Assembly: GCA_000165345.1 (NCBI GenBank)
Contig: CM000435.1
Location: 480,001 to 544,000, forward strand
Length of the DNA: 64,000 bases
Direction of reading: 5' to 3'
The notes below the pieces were generated by a model that made no database searches, was not told the DNA's origin, and saw only the letters and a list, made by a program, of their open reading frames with translations. Both the position numbers and the translations under genes were made by a program. Shown in pieces: positions 31,701 to 42,774 of this stretch. How positions within the stretch are numbered: the stretch's first letter is position 1; the number at the start of each line of letters is the position of its first letter.

Positions 31701-31863
31701 GAAAAGAAATTATTTTGAGGATATTTCCAAAGTTAATTTAATGGAATGTCAAAAATGGTTTACAGAATATCTTTCAAAACTCTGGCCGCCATTTAACATG
31801 GAAAGCTTTAAAGCTGATGTAAAAACTTTATGTTGGGATTCTGGATTTAGAGGCTGGTTATAG
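28711..31863 (+). CDS. Large secreted protein (1050 aa) with signal peptide and a tandem G-x-Y-I-K repeat block; no recognised family
   Basis: N-terminal MKFPKDLIGFWILSSMFFICFSLVYG. A degenerate 9-10-aa repeat runs KRKNGSYIKNEKGSYIKERNGKYVKINKGDYIKEGRRNYIKKDEGYYTKNGE. Confidence 0.7.
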   Translation: MKFPKDLIGFWILSSMFFICFSLVYGTKTESNVKNSLPYLELNKGNKQGLLRQHRMVGEFLECTYVEHIDKNLQDGKNEDYYPGTGIDRNKSRVVSLESIDISSKIIKTLECQKKIIERWMKDITKTLKENLFSVIEIRSWREMTRPKSLNGEAGEILAILENKNSSPLNKVKEAVEAFEKYITELHDAYSEFRNSEEKLESASTEEEKRTRAQVAVLILGQKENRSLLKFTKIIRNNADDARDSKKLLEKLFPLLSGESYNNRILQALELIQICFFLLNGLNVLSVFEEQRLSNKFRRDMERRNLIYQHKIENKTLSRYPKFSNSPNFKDISNFLLSSVNKSSDAESENKVKVEFIQMFDEITQDFGIRCPYFLTSILRSGKVGHSLKGEELFDLNAVKNCRLAWKEISSYLYKEGQIVPSAAIRQALKKALYKHVKTVYVWPRNALGLFKSLFDRSEFERAFDTSNEKRFISTCSEAINKEIGLGTSHAVSLDEIAIICFDFFNLLEFYTDQYNYGNQENVGRDGNTILATKKYVNINTLPSKIKAKALDVACSRTLVGLIDFPPFKSNDLDRTVIGILTTNFMETCVQRIETVLGEASKYRISNPQTICTEVRNILKDYNMLSQKPENIEGSMDIFEQFNILDTSIVTETSKGASKPSDSIEYLKMLQSKLGSLQPSFQSTQSKDIGISPIRQLDPVKAYNLVRKMHLDWMEQMRNDPRYKGFTDLELKNNSPWNKQMKLWHELITPELPEVRYAASYLNNRPSRFPLISGDKRGKHKKITPLEEFLNEDLDPKYRARYPLVENGPFEEQDFYYDDEYYKHPYEDSIAAEAAQTREYYIKRKNGSYIKNEKGSYIKERNGKYVKINKGDYIKEGRRNYIKKDEGYYTKNGEINQHYAAVPVIHGEQITAQLVRPNKEYNIKAYQTRNNALINYSYIDNGCKGEELPLLWGQRATILHENMIKGFKMVKYRGKYGPGHFVSMDDICYILERDFKVKRNYFEDISKVNLMECQKWFTEYLSKLWPPFNMESFKADVKTLCWDSGFRGWL
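31240..31395 (+). repeat. Coding tandem repeat (about 27-30-nt units) encoding the G-x-YIK motif copies
   Basis: Repeated ggaagttatattaaaga / ggagattatattaaaga units seen directly. Confidence 0.5.
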
Positions 31864-31919
31864 GGGAGTTTATTAAATTCTCTAATTTTTTTTTCAAGCA
31901 TGTAAATCCACAATTTGTG

Positions 31920-31929
31920 TTGGCGCCAA
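31920..31929. promoter_or_regulatory. E2F-like TTGGCGCCAA motif about 140 bp upstream of the MPP-alpha-like gene
   Basis: Palindromic GGCGCC core. Confidence 0.4.
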
Positions 31930-32066
31930 ATCTGCAATGTAGATTATTTTTATGTTCTTTTAGAATATTTGATTTATTACTAGATAATTAGCTGTAAAAT
32001 CTATAATTTGTTATACACACATTTTTAGGTTGTGACTTTTATATTTAATATGACATGTAACCGAAC

Positions 32067-33560
32067 ATGATTCAACAGAAAATTCGTCTTTTCAGACATG
32101 TATTAAGAAATATAAGTACACAGGTTCTGAGAACTAAAAAACCTATTTTTAGACAAATAAATGGTTTGAGAAGCATAGAAAGTTACAAAATTGCACCCCA
32201 AAATGGAATTGGGCCCATATTTTCCGAACTCAGTAATGGAATGAGAGTAATTACATTGGAAAATAGTAATAAAATAGCATCGCTGGGAATCATCATAAAG
32301 ATGGGTTCTAGATTTGAATCAAAGAGTTCATTTGGATCATCAAGAGTTCTTTTTAATATGATACTTTCCCAAGAAGGAAAAACTTCGCAGAATTGCTTGC
32401 CAAATAAACTGGCATTAAACGGATTAATGTTGGCAGGTGGCTTCAATAGAGAATATACTTCATTTTTATTGGAATATTTGAAAGACCAGGGAATTGAAAA
32501 TACCCAGGAATTCTTCGATGGAATATTTAAATTCTACAAAAAACAATTCAGTGATGAGGAATTAGAACTCGCTAAGAAAAATATTAAAGAGGAATTGTTG
32601 TTTGAGTTAGAGAACCCTAGTATTATGCTTAATGAACTTTTGCATTCTACCGCATGGAAAGAAAATTCCCTAGGAAATAATCAATCAACATCTTTTGATC
32701 AAGTTTCAGATCTTAATATACAGAATCTAACTGACTTCAGAAATTCAAATTTTCTTTCGCGTAATACTATAATTGTTGGAACTGGTATCAGTCACGACCA
32801 TTTAATTAAAAAGATCTTGAATTCATCAAGGAAGTTTGATATAACGGAACAAAATTCTGTCAATAATTTAAAAAATGATGAACAAACTATGAAAATTCCA
32901 AAGTATGTTGGTGGCTTAGTAAAAAATAAGTTGCCCCATTACGGTTTTACAGATATATTGATCGCATTTGAAACCAATCTGAATTGGAAAGGACGTGAAT
33001 TGGTTGCATTATCTGTACTCCAGGCTTATCTTGGTGGTGGAAGCTCCTTTAGTGTGGGAGGCCCAGGGAAAGGGATCCATTCAAAACTTTTCTTGGATGT
33101 ATTAAATAAATTTGACTGGGTTGAAAGCTGTAATTGCTTTGTTAACCAATACAGTGATACAGGATTATTTGGGATTCACATTACTTCTTACCCAGGATAC
33201 TCATTAGAATCTATTAAGGTAATAGCAAAGCAGCTTGGTAAAATGAAAAATATCAGTGAAAGGGAGCTTGAAAGAGCTAAGAATCTGGTTCTAAGTACTA
33301 TTTGTACAGCTTACGAAAACAGGAGTCATTATATGGAAGAGATTTCCAAACAAATACTTTCATACTCTGAGTTCATTGAATTGGATGAAATAATCAATTG
33401 TATCAAGAGTATAGGTATAGAAGATATCAAAAAGGTTGCGGATTTAATTCTCTCCAAGGCAGACAGGCCTACAGTAGTCGCAGTTGGGACTGATATGAAT
33501 CAAGTCCCAAATTACAACGAAATTATTTCAATAATATCTAGGCAAGTCAGCAATTATTAA
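32067..33560 (+). CDS. M16 peptidase, mitochondrial-processing-peptidase alpha-like (non-catalytic) subunit (497 aa)
   Basis: Insulinase fold without the HxxEH zinc motif. It has the MPP-alpha glycine-rich loop LGGGSSFSVGGPGKGIHSKLF and a basic, presequence-like N-terminus. Confidence 0.7.
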   Translation: MIQQKIRLFRHVLRNISTQVLRTKKPIFRQINGLRSIESYKIAPQNGIGPIFSELSNGMRVITLENSNKIASLGIIIKMGSRFESKSSFGSSRVLFNMILSQEGKTSQNCLPNKLALNGLMLAGGFNREYTSFLLEYLKDQGIENTQEFFDGIFKFYKKQFSDEELELAKKNIKEELLFELENPSIMLNELLHSTAWKENSLGNNQSTSFDQVSDLNIQNLTDFRNSNFLSRNTIIVGTGISHDHLIKKILNSSRKFDITEQNSVNNLKNDEQTMKIPKYVGGLVKNKLPHYGFTDILIAFETNLNWKGRELVALSVLQAYLGGGSSFSVGGPGKGIHSKLFLDVLNKFDWVESCNCFVNQYSDTGLFGIHITSYPGYSLESIKVIAKQLGKMKNISERELERAKNLVLSTICTAYENRSHYMEEISKQILSYSEFIELDEIINCIKSIGIEDIKKVADLILSKADRPTVVAVGTDMNQVPNYNEIISIISRQVSNY

Positions 33561-33771
33561 ATCTAAGAAAAAATAATTGTTAAACCAATACTACTACTCA
33601 TTTAGTTTCTTTTAAATAATTATTTATATTTGTTAATTTCTTACCCACAGCATTTTCTCGCCATTATGGCGGTTCACACTGCCGCCTGAATATTGTCAAA
33701 AGTAGCAACAGTGATGTTTGACAGGCTACTAATACTAATTGTTGTAATTGGAAATTTCGATTTCTTATTAA

Positions 33772-35154
<1,383 letters not shown>

Positions 35155-35259
35155 TTGGAATAATATATAAGTTATTATTTAATAGTTTATAGTCAGATTT
35201 ATGAATGATACTTAAAAAGTTAAAGTCATCTAGCACTTTTTCTAACATAGTTTTATAAG

Positions 35260-38200
35260 CTAATTCTTATCAATAGTGATTGTATAAGTTTTCTTATTTT
35301 CTCTCCTTAATTGCCACTCATCTGTGTTTTTACACGAGATTTTAACAACTTTAAGTCTGTAATATAATGAGCAGCTCAGTGTTCTTGGGGGGAGTTCAAT
35401 GAGATCTATTGTTTTGATACAATTTCCTGAAATCCCGAGCAAACCACCTAATAGTCCTGACTGAGTACATTGCCAAATCCTTAGAGCCTTTTCTACTATT
35501 GAGTACGAAGCGAGGAACTCACCCTCTTTATTAAAACACAACGCATCAACTTGTTGTGTATGTCCCTGTAGTACTCTCCACTTTGTTGCAGTTCTAAGAT
35601 CATAAACAATAATTGAACGATCGAAGCCTATTGCAAATCTTTGTGTATTTTGATGGAAGGTAATCATTGGAAAAGCGCTAACTAATATGAAAAGAACGGA
35701 TGTGACTGCTGTTATTGTTCCTTTGCGTAGTGTGGAGTCAAGTGGATCTAAGAATCCAATAGAAATATCGACCACCATATTTAAATAGGGAAAAGAATAT
35801 TCAGGGAGACTAGATACAAAATATACCAATAATGATAGTACGTTGCAAGTATAGTTTATTCCCATATAGGGATATGCTGTTCTTCCGGCATATCCAAGTA
35901 TATAAATGTATGTTTTTGGATCCAACTGGCCAATTAATTGAAGTAAATGTCTACAAGAAGTCCAAAATGGTGGGTATTGAGCCAACGTGAGCAATCTTAT
36001 ACAAAGGCAAATAATACTATTCGAAACCTTAGTGCTCACATTTTTTTTATTGTTTTTTTGTTCTATTTTGTCACTTAAACTTCCGCTATCCACTTGGAAA
36101 ATATGAGCTGCTATGAATATGTTATTTTCCCAACTAGTAAGACTGTTTCTAAGTAAGTTAGGAACGCATGTATTTTCAATATTTTTTGCTTTTAGAAGAC
36201 TTGTAAAGTTAAGAGAAAAAAGCTCCAATGCAAAAAGGAATCTCAAAGTATCCATAATGCTAATATTATTGTAATAAGAGTTTATATCATAATTTAGGTT
36301 ATCTTTGTATCCAGTGGCTTTAAAACTTCCAGTGTTCCCTAAACTTGAAGTGTTGACTATAATATTTGATTTACTAGAGTCAATGTTTAGGTTTTCCCAA
36401 GAATACCACTGTTCAGTATCATGTCTTCTGGCATATATCGGTTTAAGTAATCTCTTCTTTTCTTGTTGTTTCTCAAAATTCTTTGAGAACTTGATAATAA
36501 TTTCAATATCATAAGTTGTTATGATACTAATCAGAAATGAAAGAATAATCTTTCCTATACAAGCGCTATGAGTTCTTTTGAAAGGATGTTCATATAGAAC
36601 AATACTTAAAAAAAATAGCGAAAGATCTTCTATGCTTAAGTTTGAACAGTAATATTCGCCAGAGTTCATTATTGGAAAGGGAAGTCTATAACCTATCATT
36701 CTGCAAAGTGAAATACTACAGTATGAATAAATTTTAGGATGACCACGCCTGCATGATTCATTCCATGGAGGAATACTTTTTATTTCACTCCCCAGAGTAG
36801 AACATAAAGATCCTCCAACATCCATGTTACTTGAAGTTATGACCTCCTGCTCCAGTAAATGCAAAGACTCATCCTTATTTTCTCCGTTTGTTCTAGGTGC
36901 TGAAATTCTTAAGAATTCTTTAATAATACCAGAAAGAGTATCAATTGCTATTTCTTCGCAATAAGACAATACTTCGCTTGGGAGAGATCTAATAGCCAGC
37001 TGTAAACAATATTTTGCAGAAAGCCTCAAATATGGATTAAATACATCCAATGTCATACCTGTAATTGAAAAGAGATGGAATGGAATAAATCTAATTAAAA
37101 GTTTTTTTTGTTCAACATGTTCAATTATCCACGATAGTAGGAAATTATCCAAAAGCTGTATCGGTAGGTCCAAATTAGAATAATAAGTAAAGTAGTAATG
37201 TAAAATAACCATTTGAAGAGCAATCTGGTGCGCTGAAAAGTGCTCCTGAAGTTCTCTTGATGTATCTTGCTTTCTAAAAGATTCTATTTCATCTTGGTAT
37301 TCTAAGTCCTGTCTAAGTTCGCAAACACTACAGGAATCCACAGGATTTTCAGTTCCAAATGTTTTTTCATTTTGATTTTTAAAGTTTTGGAATTTTTCAT
37401 TTAGGGCTTTCTCACTAATATTTCTCTGGCTTAAAAATCTTTCAAGCCAAATTTTGTCTGAAGCCTCAAAACTAGAGAATACCTCGGTTTGACCATTAGA
37501 AAAGTTTAGGGTTGATTCGTATGTTCTTGATCTAAACAATGGTGCTGAATTTTCACTAGAATCTATAGGTTCTCTTTTTATTAAGTTTCTAGAATCAAAA
37601 GTTTCTCCTCTTTGAAGTGTTGAAGTTGAATTTAAACTTTCCTTTATATTATGTGGGAGCTTCGAATTTTTTCTATTAATACCAGAATTTCTGGATCTGA
37701 CTATTCTATTTACTAAATGAGAGGTACATGGAATTCCAGATAACTCGCCAATATAATAGTCATTTGTATCTATCTCTAAATTTTTTTTCCTTCCTGGTAA
37801 TCTACTCCATTCGAAAAATGGCCTCCCAGGGCAGCTACTAATAATGCTCTTATTATCTGAGATATTTAACCTGTTTTTTAAAGTTCTAACGGAAACTGTT
37901 TTAGTATCCAAATGTCTCATGATATTCTCACTCCAGTTTTCAGAAACTAGGTACCTATATGGAGGAATTCCAGTTCCATCATAAGTATGGGATCTGATCA
38001 TAGATTCCCTTGTGCCAGAATATATACTTCTAGAACGATCAACAGATTCGCATCGCTTTCCATTTCCTTGTTTATTCCTTTTTGATAGGTTGAAATAATA
38101 ATCCACACTGTTCCATATCTTCAGTCTTAGAGACAATTTTGAACTATAAGTCTTCTTTTTTAAAATATTGCAAATTGGGATAGAAATAGCATAATTCACA

Positions 38201-41200
38201 CCTGTAATTAAAGTGCTAAATTTAAGAATTGGTCTAACAGTTAGTGGGGCCATGTCCGCAAAGAGTTTACTCAGAAATTCATTGGTAGATCTCACGAAAA
38301 GAGGAAAAAGATGTTGTAAATATCTCGATGTTTTTGTATTTTTTTGTTTTTTTTTCTCAATACTTACGATATCTGCTGATACATGAGGATTAAATGCCAT
38401 GAATGAGACGCTCATACTAGAACGAACACCTAAACATCCCTGATAATAATTCTTCTCTTTCTGAAAGTCAAGCTTTGGCATATATCCAATTAATACAGAT
38501 CCAAACATAATTCCATGGTCCAAAAATTCAATTCTGTTGCTTGTTTGTATAAATCTATTTAGGCTTGACATAAGACCATAAGATAGATGGTAGTCTTGAT
38601 ATTCGCAAACATTAAGATCTAGGATTGAATTAAAACAAATTTTTGCCAGTAATAAGTGTGAATCTTTATCATATACAAAAACTATATCTCCTTGTAAAAT
38701 AAAAATAAAGTTAGATGGTTTATCAATACCAACTGAATTAATTCTTGATTCTATGGGATCTTGTCTTTTTTCGAGCTCCAAAGATAAGCTTAATATTTCA
38801 TAAGTAACTCCCTGGATTTCTGTATTTGATTGATCCTTTCTTTCGTCCCAAATACATCTATTAGTTGATTTAGGTTCAGATTTTGAAGATATACCATTTG
38901 CTTGATTATCATTTACTTTTATTAAAACACATTTCTTCTCTAAGGAAGAATGAACCAAGATTTGGAACTTGTCGTATTTAGGTGTTCCAAGTTCTCCTAA
39001 TCTATTAACATCAAATACAATAACTTTGTTAAGTGAAATTACATTCGTAAAAAATAAACCATTAATACAAGCTATAAGAGAAAATAAATTATTTGAAACA
39101 ATTTGGCCTTTAATTCCAGGTGAATTAACATTCTTTGAATAATTGGTGTTATAATTATTGCTACAATGCACATCTTTATTTTTAGATTCTCCTGTAGAGA
39201 ATTTATTTACAAAATTCTCCATTAAATCTACCTTCCAAACTAATATATTTCCACAACAAGTTAGTCCAAAAATACAACCATCCGTCACAGATTTTATTTC
39301 AATTACATTTGTTTTATGTCCACAAGAAGGTCTTGGTAGAGGAAGTTGGTAAACTACTCCATTTTCGATATTTCCAAAGAAGTGTTTGTCTTCGTTACAA
39401 TTCATCATGCTAAAAAGTCCAAATTCTCCAGTAAGACACTGCCCCATAATTTTACCATTTGATAGAGAAATTATACAATAGATCGAATTTTTTTGTTCAG
39501 TGATGCAACAAGAAAGGACGGAAATGTTATTTTTCTTATCGTAATCTGTGATATCATCCTCCCAAATTGTTCTCAAAGATTTTGTGGATTTCCAATAGAT
39601 TTCATTTTCAGTTGATCTGTAAATAATTGGATCATTTCTATTCTCAATGCTATTTTGAGAATCCATATTAAGTTTAACAGGGAAAAACATATTTTTGGAG
39701 TCAGATACTTCTACATTGTCTAATATAAAAGAATGAGCGTCATTAAAGCTTTTATAACAGTTTGAAAATGAATTGTTTGGAATAAAAGGAAATTTATAGT
39801 AAGTTGGAAGTTTTTGTTGTGATTCAATAATTGACAAGTCGAAGAATGAGTAAAATATTTTGTCAGAATTCTGCTCAATTGATATAAAATTAGTATTGTG
39901 GAGTGTCTCGCAGCTCTTTTCTAATAGAAATCTGAAATTATTTCTGTGTACCCAAATGATATCGTTATTTCCTTGGTTTTGGAAATTGAGGTCTATATTT
40001 CTACCAGACTTTGGTGATTCCTCTAGGTCATTTTCGTACAAAGTATTTATTTTGAAAAATTGCCAATAACTTGCAAGATGGCCAAGATAATTTAATTGTT
40101 CTTTATCGTTTATTTTAAAATAGTCTCTGGAAATATAGACAGGAACTGCTGTTATGTCACTATAGTTACCATAATTATCAATTTCTCTGAGATCGTGTTC
40201 AGAAAAAGCTATATTGGATTCAAATTTAGGGTTAAAATTTTGGCTAAAAAGGAAGCAAACTACTGAAGGAAGTTGAATACTGTATACTGTAAAGTCAGAT
40301 GACCATGCAAGAAAAGATACACAATGTTTTTGCTTTTCTTCATATTCCATGCTAAGAGTTCTAATAGGTGAATATGTCTTTGTTTTATTAATGCAGGCTT
40401 GTCTAATATTTAATGATATCTGAGAAAACCCAAGCCAAATTTGAAGCTTTTGTTTAATTTCCACATTTTCATTATTTTGATTAATCACATTGAGAGTTAT
40501 CGCTCTTTTTAGAGGTTGCGTTTGATGAATATCATACATTGGATCTTTAAACTCGCTTCCATTTGAAAAATTTTGTGTTGAAATTTCCATTTGTGGATTA
40601 TTTGGATTGGAATCTTCACAAATGGGCGTATTTGGGACGAACAAATCTCCAAAAGGTTGGTACCTTTGGTTTCTATTTTGAAACTGAGGCAGGAAAGTGC
40701 GTTTCCAAATTATAAGTCTGTATTTTGCATTTACGATTAAATAAAAGTCAGTTACAACAATTTGAGTTGAGAACATCTCACTTGAAGGAATAGAATAAAA
40801 ATTGATCGGTTCTGAAACAAAACATGGATGCAAGGAAAAAAATGTTGGAGCTAGCATTGGAGACTTAATTGAACAAAATTGATGAATATAAGGAGTATCA
40901 AAAGAGCTAGACTTGGATTGGTCACTTGCATTACTGCTTGACTCGAAAGCATGATCATACCTTTCAAATGAAGACCCATTAATGTCTTCTATTGAACTTT
41001 CCTGCTTGATTTGCTCATATTTAATATCCAGATCGCCCAAATTGTCCTCTATTATTATTTGATCTTGAGAATAGTTTATTGAAGAGCGAGAAGAGTTTTT
41101 GGCCAAATTATTAAATCCCGTTTCATCCTGGCTATATTTCATAAATGGTTTAGGAACATTATTTTTTTGGGGTTTTGGAACTGGACATGGGATTTCGCAG

Positions 41201-42060
41201 TGAGGAATAGGAATGAAGTGCCACCAAATTCTTATTAAGTTGCTTAAATCCCAAACTAAAACTTGACCAGTATTTAGCATTGCAGCCACAGTGTAAAAGT
41301 GAGCAGTGGGATATCTATTATCTTCACAGTAGTCAAAGAGTGAGATATTTGAAGACCATTTTAAAAGTTCAAAGTAATCATGATTGGTGGAAACATTGAA
41401 TATCATTGATTCTCCATATTCTCCATATGTATTTGTTGGATTAAAGGAGGATTTTTCATTTTTATCTTCGTACGAAAGCTGAACAGTACTTGGAGATTGA
41501 ATTTTATACATGTCTGGAGTGTCGTCATCGATTCTGTTGTTTATTCTACGTTTAGAATATGGACAGCTTGCAATTTTAAGGGCTCCACAATTTAGTCGTG
41601 ACCAAGTGTCTATTATAGTAATACGTTGATGCCCAACAAGCAACACAAACCTTTTGTCTGCGAGACTCACTAGTTGCAATACTTCGTGTTCAGCCGAGTC
41701 TGATAGTTGAGCAATACATCTTCCATTATCCAAAGACCAATATCTCATAATATTATCCGAATGCAATGTTAACAGCAACTCATCTGTACAGCTTTGTAAT
41801 AAAGGAGAGGGCGATAAAACGAAAACCATACCAATAAGTTTAATTGGACATAGAGAGTTAGGAATAAGAACGCAAGAAGGGACCAGCTCTTTCTCTGGTG
41901 AGCCCTCGATGGATTTTTTGTCCACCCTTAAAATATTCCACAAATATACATGACCAGATTTTGTACCAGTTGCGCATATTGAATCCCAACTACTACAACA
42001 AGTTAGAGTGACTTCATCCAAAACGCCTCCATCTGGTGTAATACCACATGAAAGTAGCAT
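35260..42060 (-). CDS. Giant WD40-repeat protein (about 2266 aa from the ATG at 42060) with N- and C-terminal propellers; rabconnectin-3/DmX-like is one candidate family
   Basis: WD motifs at both ends (GHVYLWNI...; ...IIVYDLRTATKWRVLQGHTQQVDALCFNKEGEFLASYS...IWQC). The track start at 42141 is TTG and overlaps a GCGGCGCCAA promoter motif; the first in-frame ATG is at 42060. Confidence 0.8.
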   Translation of the reverse strand: MLLSCGITPDGGVLDEVTLTCCSSWDSICATGTKSGHVYLWNILRVDKKSIEGSPEKELVPSCVLIPNSLCPIKLIGMVFVLSPSPLLQSCTDELLLTLHSDNIMRYWSLDNGRCIAQLSDSAEHEVLQLVSLADKRFVLLVGHQRITIIDTWSRLNCGALKIASCPYSKRRINNRIDDDTPDMYKIQSPSTVQLSYEDKNEKSSFNPTNTYGEYGESMIFNVSTNHDYFELLKWSSNISLFDYCEDNRYPTAHFYTVAAMLNTGQVLVWDLSNLIRIWWHFIPIPHCEIPCPVPKPQKNNVPKPFMKYSQDETGFNNLAKNSSRSSINYSQDQIIIEDNLGDLDIKYEQIKQESSIEDINGSSFERYDHAFESSSNASDQSKSSSFDTPYIHQFCSIKSPMLAPTFFSLHPCFVSEPINFYSIPSSEMFSTQIVVTDFYLIVNAKYRLIIWKRTFLPQFQNRNQRYQPFGDLFVPNTPICEDSNPNNPQMEISTQNFSNGSEFKDPMYDIHQTQPLKRAITLNVINQNNENVEIKQKLQIWLGFSQISLNIRQACINKTKTYSPIRTLSMEYEEKQKHCVSFLAWSSDFTVYSIQLPSVVCFLFSQNFNPKFESNIAFSEHDLREIDNYGNYSDITAVPVYISRDYFKINDKEQLNYLGHLASYWQFFKINTLYENDLEESPKSGRNIDLNFQNQGNNDIIWVHRNNFRFLLEKSCETLHNTNFISIEQNSDKIFYSFFDLSIIESQQKLPTYYKFPFIPNNSFSNCYKSFNDAHSFILDNVEVSDSKNMFFPVKLNMDSQNSIENRNDPIIYRSTENEIYWKSTKSLRTIWEDDITDYDKKNNISVLSCCITEQKNSIYCIISLSNGKIMGQCLTGEFGLFSMMNCNEDKHFFGNIENGVVYQLPLPRPSCGHKTNVIEIKSVTDGCIFGLTCCGNILVWKVDLMENFVNKFSTGESKNKDVHCSNNYNTNYSKNVNSPGIKGQIVSNNLFSLIACINGLFFTNVISLNKVIVFDVNRLGELGTPKYDKFQILVHSSLEKKCVLIKVNDNQANGISSKSEPKSTNRCIWDERKDQSNTEIQGVTYEILSLSLELEKRQDPIESRINSVGIDKPSNFIFILQGDIVFVYDKDSHLLLAKICFNSILDLNVCEYQDYHLSYGLMSSLNRFIQTSNRIEFLDHGIMFGSVLIGYMPKLDFQKEKNYYQGCLGVRSSMSVSFMAFNPHVSADIVSIEKKKQKNTKTSRYLQHLFPLFVRSTNEFLSKLFADMAPLTVRPILKFSTLITGVNYAISIPICNILKKKTYSSKLSLRLKIWNSVDYYFNLSKRNKQGNGKRCESVDRSRSIYSGTRESMIRSHTYDGTGIPPYRYLVSENWSENIMRHLDTKTVSVRTLKNRLNISDNKSIISSCPGRPFFEWSRLPGRKKNLEIDTNDYYIGELSGIPCTSHLVNRIVRSRNSGINRKNSKLPHNIKESLNSTSTLQRGETFDSRNLIKREPIDSSENSAPLFRSRTYESTLNFSNGQTEVFSSFEASDKIWLERFLSQRNISEKALNEKFQNFKNQNEKTFGTENPVDSCSVCELRQDLEYQDEIESFRKQDTSRELQEHFSAHQIALQMVILHYYFTYYSNLDLPIQLLDNFLLSWIIEHVEQKKLLIRFIPFHLFSITGMTLDVFNPYLRLSAKYCLQLAIRSLPSEVLSYCEEIAIDTLSGIIKEFLRISAPRTNGENKDESLHLLEQEVITSSNMDVGGSLCSTLGSEIKSIPPWNESCRRGHPKIYSYCSISLCRMIGYRLPFPIMNSGEYYCSNLSIEDLSLFFLSIVLYEHPFKRTHSACIGKIILSFLISIITTYDIEIIIKFSKNFEKQQEKKRLLKPIYARRHDTEQWYSWENLNIDSSKSNIIVNTSSLGNTGSFKATGYKDNLNYDINSYYNNISIMDTLRFLFALELFSLNFTSLLKAKNIENTCVPNLLRNSLTSWENNIFIAAHIFQVDSGSLSDKIEQKNNKKNVSTKVSNSIICLCIRLLTLAQYPPFWTSCRHLLQLIGQLDPKTYIYILGYAGRTAYPYMGINYTCNVLSLLVYFVSSLPEYSFPYLNMVVDISIGFLDPLDSTLRKGTITAVTSVLFILVSAFPMITFHQNTQRFAIGFDRSIIVYDLRTATKWRVLQGHTQQVDALCFNKEGEFLASYSIVEKALRIWQCTQSGLLGGLLGISGNCIKTIDLIELPPRTLSCSLYYRLKVVKISCKNTDEWQLRRENKKTYTITIDKN

Positions 42061-42453
42061 TACTTTTTCTATTAACAAAATGAAGTTTTCATTCACCACA
42101 CAATTATAGATGGATCTAATACGAAAAAAAAGCGGCGCCAATATGATTTTTCGAAGTACTTGGTATACAAAAATTCTCGGAAGTAGATTACTTCGAAATT
42201 CAACAAAAAAAAAAAAAAAATTAATAAATCCTAAGTATCCGACAAATCACACGCAAATTTCCAAAATCAGCTGAACATATCAATAAATGCCGAAGAAAAT
42301 ATCAAGTATATTTACATGATATATAGACATAAAGAATAATAAACCTAAGTGAGAAATCCAGAAAACTCAACTTTTACTAATATTTGAAGATAACTTTAGC
42401 AAGTTAGATGAGTTTGTTGTTTAAACATGATCATACAAAAATTTATGGCGCAG

Positions 42454-42460
42454 TGGCGCC
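42454..42460. promoter_or_regulatory. TGGCGCC E2F-like motif, plus GCGTCTC (42479-42485), in the divergent promoter between the WD40 gene and RPL8
   Basis: GGCGCC core. A second copy, GCGGCGCCAA, lies at 42132-42141. Confidence 0.35.
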
Positions 42461-42774
42461 TTAGACACGTATTTCATGGCGTCTCGTAGTTACCATTTAA
42501 TATTAAATTTCTCATAAAGTGTAAAAAAACTCATCGAGACAAGAATTTAGAACAAACAATAGAAAGTTAAAGTAAAAGTTATATAGAAAGATCATTAACA
42601 AAATAGCAAATTAATTATTTACTACAGAGGCGGGCAAAATATATTAGTCATTAATTTTATAATATTAAAATAAGCTGTTAATTTTTATATCGCATTCACA
42701 AGTGACCTTTGGATTATTAAGCAAACAATTTATCTTTAGACTTTTTTCAGAGGATTCAATTTAGATAGAAACTA

